Below are positions 34,355-44,047 of a DNA stretch of 64,000 bases, piece by piece. The notes beneath the pieces were generated by a model that worked only from the letters and a program-made list of their open reading frames with translations, did no database searches and was not told the origin of the DNA. Each line of letters begins with the position of its first letter. The first letter of the stretch is position 1. This DNA comes from an uncultured Planctomycetaceae bacterium (GTDB lineage: Bacteria; Planctomycetota; Planctomycetia; Pirellulales; PALSA-1355), in NCBI GenBank assembly GCA_963785305.1, contig CAWAUV010000007.1, forward strand, positions 1 to 64,000. Reading direction: 5' to 3'. The position numbers and the translations under genes are program-made.

Positions 34355-35412
34355 CTCGCGAGCAGACAGCGTTTTATCTTTGACGACCCGGCGGACAGCG
34401 GCTCCGCCGACAATGGCCAAGCCGTCTTGCAGTTCCAAACCACCTCTGCCGGCGCGAGCGCTCCCACGCCCACCGCCGCCAACCTCACCGATCGTTATTT
34501 GTGGGGGCCGGCCGTCGATCAACTTCTGGCCGACGAGCAAGTCACGAATCCCGATTCGCCCGGTAATATCTTGTGGACGCTCGACGACAGCCAAAACACG
34601 GTTCGCGACACGATCGACTCGAGCGGCGCGATTGAAGACCACATCACCTACAACGCCTTCGGCCAGCCGGTCAGCCACACCGCGCCGAACCCCGCCGCCG
34701 TCGACGCCGTGTTCGGCTACGACGGCCTGTTCACCGACGCCACCACCGGCGACGACTTCGCCGTGAATCGGGTGTATAATCCGGCAAGCGCAACCTGGAA
34801 CACGCCGGATCCGGCGCAAGCGGATGTCAACACCTACCGCGCTTTCGGGAACAGCCCGACGAACGAAATCGACCCCGAAGGACTCGAGGACGAGGAAGCG
34901 GATGGTTTGTCGGCGGAAGAGCAAGCGAAGGTGGACGAAATACTAAAACAGCTTCTCGCGAGCTTGCCAGCGCCTGGGCCTTTCGCTCAAATGATGGCGG
35001 CAACGCGTGAACTCGAAAGATCGGAATTGGCGCCTGCGACTTCACGCGTTGTTGTTCGCTCTCCGGATGCCGTAGCCACGGAGGAGACTTATGACAACAA
35101 CATAAGCATCGGCAAATACGCCGCCGTCGGCGCCTACACGGGATTCGCGACCGTCGGCCAGGCGCTCTCGTATCCGTTGCGCTTGGCAGGCGTCGATTTC
35201 TCCGAGCAAGACGCCGCGCTGGCAAATGCGCGTTATGATTTGACGGCGCGCGACGACACGACGACTTGGCCGATCGTTGACAGAGCAGCTCGCGTGACGG
35301 CAATTGCCGGCACGTCGGTCGCGGTCATTTCCGTCGTGGAGGTTGCGGCGGCGCCGTATGCGGCGTGGTCGCCGACCGGCGCGCAGGTTGTCGGCGGCGT
35401 CGGCGGAGTCGT
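34355..35412 (+). pseudogene. Orphan Rhs-associated core fragment with a truncated variable C-terminus
   Basis: RYLWGPAVDQLLA, YNAFG, NRVYNP...W..PDP and NSPTNEIDPEGL; in-frame TGA at 34352, no convincing start; ends at CCATGACA repeats. Confidence 0.85.
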
Positions 35413-35429
35413 CCATGACACCATGACAC
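35413..35429. repeat. CCATGACA tandem repeat (2 units here, 3 units at 37146-37170) split by the IS
   Basis: ccatgaca-ccatgaca-c | IS | ccatgaca-ccatgaca-ccatgaca-c. Confidence 0.85.
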
Positions 35430-37145
35430 GGGACCAGTTCAGCTTATGCGGCGGTGGCGAGGGGGGTGGAGCGGCGGTGGAAGGGGTGGCCGGGGCGTTG
35501 CGAGAGGTAGTCCTTGAGCCGGCCGTCGTCGCTGAGGGCGGCGGCGCGGAGCTGCAAGATCGCTTCCGCTCCTTCGGGATCGTCCCAGAACATTTCGGTC
35601 CCTTTCACGCGCAGGTTCATCTGTTTGATCAGCGACTCCATCGGCGCGCTGGTGACCGGCAGGCCCAGGCGGCGATAGCTGGGATAGTCCATCCGCTGGC
35701 GATTGTTCGTCAAGTACCGCACGGCGTCGACGAGCGGTTTCTCCGCGTCACTGGGTTTCGTATCTTCCCAGTCGATGCCCCGCGCGAGGCAGGCTTGCTT
35801 GATCTCGTCGATCACGTGATCGACCTGGCCTTGCCAGCACCAGGTGACGAACTTTAGATAGAGCGACCAACCCTCCGCATCGTTGGCGGCCAGCGCCAGC
35901 GCCGCGCGGTAAACGTATTGAATCGCATGAATGAAGTCGAGGACGGGCGTGAACGTCGGAAAATGTTTTTTCCAGATCGACCAGTTCCAGTTCAGGCCAT
36001 CACCGAGGAAGACCCGTAAAGGGGAATCGTAGAACCGGCGCCGCTGGGCTTCGCGCCGCATCAGCGGGCCGAAATCCTCCGAGCAGGACATACTGCTCAG
36101 CGCCGTGCGCAGCACGCGCCGCGGGCCTTCGTACTTCACGCGGCGGGGTTTCTCGGCGGCGGATTCTTCGCCGGGCGAATCGAGGCGGGGAACCGCTTTT
36201 TCCGCGATATTCGCCACTTTTTTCGCGATGCGAAAGGAAGTCGGCAACTCGGGGCAAGCGTCTTCGTCCGCGACATGCCGCGGGTTGAGAGACATTCGCT
36301 CGAACGAAGCGTTCTTCGTTTCGCGCCAGCCTTTCTCGCCCGACGGCACGACGCCGCGTCCCCGGCCCGGCTCGCGCGTGCGAATGCGGCCGCCGTCGCA
36401 AGAGACCACCGCCGCTTCCGGCACGACGACTTCCTTGACGACTTTTTTATTGTCGCTGGGCGCCGGCAGTGCCTTCCCGTCGGCCAGTTCCTGGCCCACC
36501 TGTTTCACCAAACGCCGAATCGTGCTGCAGGGAACTTTGTGTCCCAGCACTTGCTCGGTGATCACTTCCTGCGCTTGAACGAACGGACTTCCGCGGCTAG
36601 GCAGACCACGGCTCGCGTCAACTCGGGCGTGACCTCGCGGCTATCGAGTCCCAACGTCAACCGCTGAGGGAAAAAAAGACCGCCGGCAGCGGTCGCAGTA
36701 AGCGGTCGTCTCGGTCACCTCGACCCGGCCATCCAGGCTGGTGACCGGCCTCGTTGCGGTTTGCACGCGGCACGACGCTCCGCAGGTGGGGCAGTTCGCT
36801 TCCGTCGGGCAGCTCGCGGCGACTTCACGCATCGCTCGCTCTTGGGCTTCACGGCTCAACTCGCGGCCGAGCGTGATAGCATACCGCTCGATGACGCTAT
36901 AGTGCGGCGTGCCGAGGAACGCCCCCTGCTCGACCATCTCCTCGATTCCCAGTTCGGCCAGTTCCCGCAAAAGTTCCTTCCTCCTGGCCTCGCGGGCCTG
37001 CATCGCGGCGTCCATGCCTAGCGCTCCTTAAGCAAGTTTCGTTCACCGATCAAATCCACCTCGCCCAGCTTACCACACAAACCCCGAATTCTCCTATTGA
37101 CGTTTCCACATCCACCCCCCAACCCGCAAAAGCTGAACTGGTCCC
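35430..37145 (-). mobile_element. ISKra4-like insertion sequence, full-length copy (1716 bp)
   Basis: 16-bp TIRs; 9-bp flanking duplication CCATGACAC; orfA 36641-37015 and DDE orfB ending at 35444. Confidence 0.9.
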
Positions 37146-37409
37146 CCATGACACCATGACACCATGACACGGGCCGCGGTTCGCCGAAGTTCGGGCTTCT
37201 ATGCCACGGCCGATTCTGTTACTTTTCGCCGCGCGGGATGATCGCCTCGCGCCGCCAAGCGGTCGCGGTGGAATTGGTCTCGAGCGCGGCGAGCCCCGGG
37301 GGGTCGCGGCGGCGCATCGCGGCGCGCGGCGAAACTCGCGAGTGGTTCATGGAAGCAACGCCTCGATTCTCTTATAGGCGGATCGATCAAACCCAAGGGG
37401 AGCGAGCCT

Positions 37410-38645
37410 GTGCGAGTTGCGATCGTCCACGATTGGCTGGTGACCTATGCCGGCTCCGAGCGCGTCGTCGAACGGCTGCTAGCCATGTATCCGAGGGCCG
37501 ACCTGTTCTGTCTTTTCGATTTTCTCCCCGGCCCCGAGCGCGGCTTTCTGCAAGGCAAGCGACCCAAGACGTCGTTCTTGCAAAACGCGCCGCTCGCGCA
37601 AGAAATACGGCCGCTATCTGCCGCTGATGCCGCTGGCCGTCGAGCAGTTCGATCTTTCGGACTACGACCTGGTGCTCAGCAGTAGTCATTGCGTGGCCAA
37701 AGGCGTGCTCACCGGACCCGACCAGTTGCATGTTTGCTATATGCATTCGCCGATGCGCTATGCCTGGGATTTGCAGCATGAATATCTGCGCGGCGCCGGG
37801 CTCGCCCACGGCCCGCGCGGCTGGCTCGCGCGGTGGATGCTGCACAAGTTGCGTCTCTGGGATATGCGCAGTGCTTCGGGCGTCGACGCGTTCGTGGCCA
37901 ACAGTCATTTCATTGCCCGGCGGGTGCGGAAGGCTTATCGTCGTCCGGCGGAGGTGATTTATCCGCCGGTCGATATTGATGGATTCACCCTCCGCGAGGA
38001 GAAAGACGACTTTTATTTGACTGCCTCGCGACTCGTGCCCTATAAGCGGGTCGATCTCCTGGTGCAAGCTTTCTCGCAAATGCCCGACAAGCGCCTGGTC
38101 GTGATCGGCGAAGGGCCGGAGTTTGCCCGGCTTCGCTCCCAGGCCGGTCCCAATGTGCGGCTGCTCGGATATCAAGATGGCCGCGTGCTCCGCGATTATC
38201 TGGAACGCGCCAAGGCGTTTCTCTTTGCCTCGCAAGAAGACTTCGGAATCGTGCTCGTCGAGGCCCAGGCTTCGGGCACGCCGGTGATTGCCTACGGCCG
38301 CGGCGGGGCGCTGAGACAGTGCGCTCGAAAGACGATCATGCCCGACCGACCGGCATCTTTTTTCCGCACCAAACCACGTCGTCGGTGGTGCAAGCGATTC
38401 GCGCTTTCGAGCGCGAGCAAGAGCTCTACGAGCCGGCGGCTTGTCGTAAAAACGCCGAACGGTTCGGGGCCGAACGCTTTTCGACCGAGTTCTCGACCCT
38501 GATCTCGCGGGAATGGAATGCCTTTCAAGCCGGGAATCGCGGGGAAGTCGATCCGTTGCTGGCCGAGGAGATCGGCGCCCACGACTCGCGCGATACACCC
38601 CCGCACGACAAACGCCCGAAGCGAGACCTGCGCCGCGCGGCGTGA
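37410..38645 (+). CDS. GT4-family glycosyltransferase; frameshifts near 37600 and 38330
   Basis: MRVAIVHDWL..AGSERV, HSPMRYAW, RLVPYKR, EDFGIVLVEAQASGTPVI. Confidence 0.9.
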
Positions 38646-38690
38646 TGGGTTCGCCGACCGTGCTCCGGCCGCGGGCCGGATCGCGGAGCG

Positions 38691-39401
38691 CTATTCGACC
38701 TTGGCCACGGGGTCGGCGTGGGCGGTCGAATTCTCGTGATGCTGGCCGTTGGTGTTTTTCGCCGGGGCGACCAGTTGCAGCTTTTCGAGAATCTTGGCGT
38801 ATACCTCGGCCGACGGCCGCGAGCCATCGACGCGCACAATCAATTCCTTGCGGCTGAAGAGCTCGAGAATCGGCGCCGTCTTGTTGTGATAATCCGAGAG
38901 TCGCGAGCGGAGCGCGTCTTCGTTGTCGTCGGCGCGGGCCACGAGTTGGCCGCCGCACACATCGCAAACCTCGGCATTCACCGGCCTGTGGAAAATCAGG
39001 TTGTAATCGAGCCCGCACCGGCTGCATAGTCGGCGGTTCAGCACCCGCTGCACGACGAGTGAATCGTCGAGGTCGATCTGAATCACGGCGTCGATGTCAT
39101 AGCTTTCGAGAAAGAACTCGGCCTGGCGACGGTTGCGTGGAAAACCGTCGAGAATAAAACCGAAGTTCCAGTCGTGTTGATCGAGCCGCTCGCGCACGAT
39201 TTCTTCGACCACATCATCGGCCACCAACTCGCCGGCCGCCGTGAGCCGGGCGATGCGCGCGGCGAGCTTGGTGTGGCTTTGGATATGCCAACGAAAGATA
39301 TCGCCCACGCAGATATGGACGAGATCGAAATCCTTGGCGAGCGACTTGGCCTGCGTGCCCTTGCCGCAGCCTTGCACGCCCATGATGATGTATTTACGCA
39401 T
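38691..39401 (-). CDS. adk: Adenylate kinase family, zinc-LID type
   Basis: GVQGCGKGTQA, LDGFPR, CSRC...CDVC LID, RADD. Confidence 0.9.
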   Translation of the reverse strand: MRKYIIMGVQGCGKGTQAKSLAKDFDLVHICVGDIFRWHIQSHTKLAARIARLTAAGELVADDVVEEIVRERLDQHDWNFGFILDGFPRNRRQAEFFLESYDIDAVIQIDLDDSLVVQRVLNRRLCSRCGLDYNLIFHRPVNAEVCDVCGGQLVARADDNEDALRSRLSDYHNKTAPILELFSRKELIVRVDGSRPSAEVYAKILEKLQLVAPAKNTNGQHHENSTAHADPVAKVE

Positions 39402-39571
39402 GACTTCCCACGACTCCTTACTCCGCGCCCGACGGATTGCGACCGCGAGCCCAAGCGGCTTAAGTGTACTCGCATCGAGCGCCGACCGGTACCCACCAAT
39501 CGGCCGACGATCGCTCGCTTCCAGCCGCCGAACACGCGAGCCTATCGCGAGAACTTCGGCGAGCCCCCGCC

Positions 39572-39601
39572 CTCCCCTCTCCCATGCGGGGAGAGGGGGA
39601 G
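39572..39601. repeat. REP-like palindrome between ppk2 and adk
   Basis: TCCCCTCTCCC-ATGCG-GGGAGAGGGG hairpin. Confidence 0.5.
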
Positions 39602-39616
39602 TTGTCGGAGAGGCGC

Positions 39617-40543
39617 TTAATAATAGTCGGGCACGAAGGTTTGATCTTCGAGCGGCGGGCGCATGTAGTCCGACGGCATATGCGGGCGGGCTGGCAATTC
39701 GGCCGGAACTTCGGGCGTGAGGTCCTTGTAGGGAACCAAGCTCAGCAAGTGACGAATGCAGTTGAGCCGGGCGAGCTTCTTGTTGTCGGCCTTCACCACC
39801 CGCCACGGCGCCATCTTGTGGTCGGTGTGCGAGAACATCACATCCTTGGCCTTCGAATACTCGACCCACTTCGAGCGCGACTCGACATCCATCGGGCTGA
39901 GCTTCCAACTGCGCGTCGGATCGTGGAGCCGGCCCTGAAAGCGGCGCTCTTGTTCATCGTCGCTCACGGAGAACCAATATTTCACGATGAGCAACCCCGA
40001 GCGAACGAGCATCTGCTCGAACTCCGGACAGCTTCGCAGAAACTCCTTGTATTCGTCGTCGGTGCAGAAGCCCATCACATGTTCGACGCCCGCGCGGTTG
40101 TACCAACTACGATCGAGCAGCACCATTTCGCCGCCGGCGGGCAGTTGGGCCACGTAGCGTTGGAAATACCACTGCGTTTTTTCGCGCTCGGTGGGCGTGC
40201 CCAAGGCCACGACTCGACAAATGCGGGGGTTCAGGCTTTCCGTGATGCGTTTGATCACACCGCCCTTGCCGGCGGCGTCGCGACCTTCGAAGATCACGAG
40301 CACCTTCAGTTTCTCGTGCTTGATCCAGTTCTGCATCTTGACCAGCTCGATTTGCAGCCGGGCGAGCTCGGCCTCGTAGACATCGTTCTTGATTTTGCGC
40401 GTCTTGGCTTTCAGGTCGCCGTGATGAATGGCCATGGCGTCGCCGTTGACGAGCGCGTATTCCTGCTCGGCCACGATCGGCGTTTCCAGGTTCGACAGAT
40501 CCTTCTGTTTTTTCTTCTTCTCCTTTTTGGCTTTGGTGTCCAT
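39617..40543 (-). CDS. ppk2: Polyphosphate kinase 2
   Basis: FEGRDAAGKGG, WYFQRY, DRSWYNR, WKLSPMD. Confidence 0.95.
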   Translation of the reverse strand: MDTKAKKEKKKKQKDLSNLETPIVAEQEYALVNGDAMAIHHGDLKAKTRKIKNDVYEAELARLQIELVKMQNWIKHEKLKVLVIFEGRDAAGKGGVIKRITESLNPRICRVVALGTPTEREKTQWYFQRYVAQLPAGGEMVLLDRSWYNRAGVEHVMGFCTDDEYKEFLRSCPEFEQMLVRSGLLIVKYWFSVSDDEQERRFQGRLHDPTRSWKLSPMDVESRSKWVEYSKAKDVMFSHTDHKMAPWRVVKADNKKLARLNCIRHLLSLVPYKDLTPEVPAELPARPHMPSDYMRPPLEDQTFVPDYY

Positions 40544-40639
40544 GCGGCTTTTCCCTCTCGATGCACGCGAAAACGAAGGTGGCGCCCAGAGCAAACGCGA
40601 CGCTCGCCGGGCGATGTGAAGACAACCCCAGCCGCCGGG

Positions 40640-40654
40640 GCAAATTTCATGCCT
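40640..40654 (-). promoter_or_regulatory. Possible sigma-54 promoter for ppk2
   Basis: Minus strand AGGCATGAAATTTGC has GG-N10-GC spacing, about 100 bp upstream of the ATG. Confidence 0.35.
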
Positions 40655-41129
40655 TGGCTCGCCGCCACGAGCGCGCCACGACCAAAGTCGCCCCAAGACA
40701 GCCTAAATGGTAACAAAAAAATAAACGCCCGATCGAAACATCTCCCCTGCTCGCGCGCGCGCTGCCCGCCATCTGGGCGAATTATGCTGATTCGCACGAC
40801 GCGGCCAGCCGCGGCCAGCGAGACTCCCGGAGTGCGCCGCCCGCGGCTCTTGCGGGCGCCCACGCAACAACGATTTCGCGAAACCCGCCCGGTGGCGATG
40901 AGCCTGTTGGCGCCGCGGCGGCTCGGCCTGTCGAATCTTTCAACGGACTGTTATCCTGCAAGGGAACCGCCCGCGGTGATCCAACATTCCCGCGCTTCGG
41001 CGACGCCGCTCGGCTAGGGCCCCGATGGCCCGTCCCGCGGATTCATGGGCCGATGCCTCGTTTTCCGGGCGGCGCTCTCGGGCCATCGTTTCCCCCCGTG
41101 GCGACCTTTTTGCTTGGAGCTTTATTCAA

Positions 41130-43983
41130 ATGCGGGACTCGCTCGCCACGGCGCCTGGCTTGTCCGACGCTCGGGCAAGCGACGCGATCCGCATTCGCGG
41201 GGCGCGGCTTCACAATCTCAAGAACCTGGATGTCGATATTCCTTGGGATCGGCTCACCGTGGTCACGGGGCTGAGCGGCTCGGGAAAGAGTTCCCTGGCC
41301 TTCGATACGATTTGCGCCGAGGGGCAACGGCAGTACATCGATAGCTTGTCGGTCTATGCGCGACAATTCGTGCATCAGATGGAGCGGCCCGAACTCGATT
41401 CGATCGATGGCCTCCAGCCCACGATCGCGATCGACCAGCGCTCGGGCAGTCAGAACCCGCGGAGCACGGTGGCCACGCTCACCGAGGTTTACGATTATCT
41501 GCGGCTGCTCATGGCGCGTCTGGCCGAGCCGCATTGCCCGCATTGCGCGGCGCCGATCCGGCAACAGTCGCCCGAAGAAATCGTCGACCGATTGAGCGCC
41601 GCCGCGGCTGGAACCAAGGTCATGCTCATGGCCCCGTTGGCGCATTCGCGCAAAGGGGCGCATCGCGACACGATCGCCGCGATTCGCAAGGCGGGGTTCG
41701 TGCGGGCCCGCGTCGATGGCGAGGTATTCGAGCTCGACCAGATTCCCGATCTGGCGCCGCGCAAGAATCACGATATCGAGGCGATCGTCGATCGAATCGT
41801 GGTGCGCGAAGGGGTGCGGCCGCGGTTGGCCGAGTCGGTGTCGGCGGCGCTTTCGCTCGGCGAGGGGGCGATTGTCGTGGCGCAGTTGGCGCCCGGCGCG
41901 AGCGACTGGACCGAATCGCTCTATAGCACGCTCAACGCGTGTCCCATGTGCAAAGCCAGTTTTCCGGAGCTCGAACCACGATCGTTCAGCTTCAATAGTC
42001 CTCATGGAGCGTGTCCCGAATGCGAGGGCTTGGGTGTCAAAACCATGTTCGACCCGGAGTTGATCTTCGTCGACGAACGGCTTCCGCTGGCCAAGGCGAT
42101 CGGCCCCTGGCACGGCCGGCTGAAGATCGCGACCACGAACGCGGCGCAAAAAAACGCCGCGCCGTGGCGCTCGCCGCGCTCTTGGCCGCCAGCGGCATGG
42201 CGCCGAAAACAGCGTGGCGGGACTATGGCCCCGCCGCCCGCGCGGCCGTGCTCCAGGGAACTCGCGACACGCCCGGCTTGCTCACGCTGCTCGAACAAGA
42301 CTATGTGACCGCCACGGATCCGGCGGAGCGCGAAGGACTGGGAACATTTCGCGGGGCGGTCGCGTGTCCGGCCTGCGGCGGGGCGCGGTTGCGGCCCGAG
42401 GCCCGCGCGTGCCGTTTTCATGGCCGGGCGATTCACGAGATCTCGGCGCTGAGCGTGCGCAGGCGCGCGAATTTTTCGCTTCGCTCGCGCTCGACGAACA
42501 CGACTTGGCCATCGGCCACGCGCCGCTTCTGGAAATCACGCGGCGGCTCGATTTTCTCGATCGCGTCGGCGTGGATTATCTCACGCTCGATCGCGCCGCC
42601 GACACGCTCAGCGGCGGAGAATTGCAGCGAGTGCGACTCGCCACCGGCATCGGTTCGGGCCTCGTGGGCGTGTGCTATGTGCTCGACGAGCCCTCGATCG
42701 GACTGCATCCGCGCGACAATCAGCGGCTGATCGAATCGCTCCGCGCACTCCAGGCCGAGGGCAACACGGTGCTCGTGGTCGAACACGACGAAGCGATGAT
42801 GCGCGCCAGCGATTGGCTGATCGACATGGGCCCCGGCGCCGGGCTCGAGGGCGGCGCGATCGTGGCCCAAGGCCCGCCCCAAGCCGTGGCCGAGAACCCA
42901 GTCTCGCTCACCGGCGGCTATCTTCAAGGGCGGCTGGAGATCGCCGTGCCCGAAAAGCGGCGCACCGTGGATCTCGCGGCCGCGCTCGTGGTCGAAGGCG
43001 CCTCGGGCAACAACCTAAAAAATGTCGATGCCCGGATTCCGCTTTCGGCCTTCGTGTGCGTGACCGGAGTAAGCGGCTCGGGCAAGAGCACGCTCGTGAA
43101 CGAAACACTTTCGCGGGTCGTGCTGCGGCATTTGGGCCGCGCGGCTCCGAAACCGGCGCCCTATCGCGCACTGCGGGGCGTCGAAGCGATCGACAAACTG
43201 ATCGCGATCGATCAATCGCCCATCGGCCGCACGCCGCGGAGCAATCCGGCCACATACACCGGCATGTTCGATGAGATTCGCAAGGTATTCGCCGACACGC
43301 GCGAGGCCAGGCAGATGGGTTTTCGCGCGGGCCGGTTCAGCTTCAATGTCAAAGGCGGCCGCTGCGAGGAGTGTCAGGGGCAAGGCGTGCGAAGAATCGA
43401 GATGAACTTCTTGCCCGACTTGGTCGTGCCCTGCCCGGTGTGCCACGGCGCTCGATTCAACCGGCAAACGCTCGTGGCCCGCTATCGGGGGAAAAACATC
43501 GCCGAGGCGCTCGCGATGCGCGTCGACGAAGCGGCCGAATTCTTCGCCGTGTTTCCGGCCATTGCCCGGGTGCTCGAAAGCCTGCGGCAAGTCGGCGTGG
43601 GCTATCTCACGCTCGGCCAATCATCGACCACGCTCTCGGGCGGCGAAGCGCAACGCATCAAGCTGGGCACGGAACTGGCCCGGCTCGAAACCGGCAAGAC
43701 GCTCTATGTGCTCGACGAGCCGACGACCGGGCTGCACTCCGACGATGTGCGACGCCTGCTCGCGGTGCTCAACCGGCTGGTCGATCAAGGCAACACGGTG
43801 CTAGTGATCGAACATCACCTGGATGTGATCAAAAGCGCCGACTGGCTGCTCGACTTTGGGCCTGAAGGCGGGGCCGCCGGAGGCTATTTGCTCGCCAGCG
43901 GGCCGCCCGAAACGATCGCCGCGCTCGACGACAACGCGACCGGCCGATTTCTGCGGCCGCTTTTGCATCGCGGGCGGCACTGA
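41130..43983 (+). CDS. uvrA: Excinuclease ABC subunit A; frameshifts near 42150 and 42460
   Basis: Two GxSGSGKS Walker A motifs, two LSGGE signatures, zinc fingers, [10 protein letters not shown]. Confidence 0.95.
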
Positions 43984-44002
43984 AAGCAGCCGCCCTCGCT
44001 TG

Positions 44003-44047
44003 ACGCGTGCTCGGGTTACGCGGGCTCGGGTTACGCGGGCTCGGTTT
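44003..44047. repeat. 3 x 15-bp tandem repeat between convergent genes
   Basis: ACGCG(G/T)GCTCGG(G/T)TT x3. Confidence 0.7.

Noticed and set aside
34427..35857. 476-aa ORF as an intact Rhs toxin with a novel C-terminus
   Set aside because: Everything after 35429 is antisense read-through of the IS; nearly the same peptide appears in ORF 4711..5532.
35413..37170. CCATGACA repeats or other repeats as a CRISPR array
   Set aside because: 8-bp contiguous units without spacers, and no cas genes in the window.
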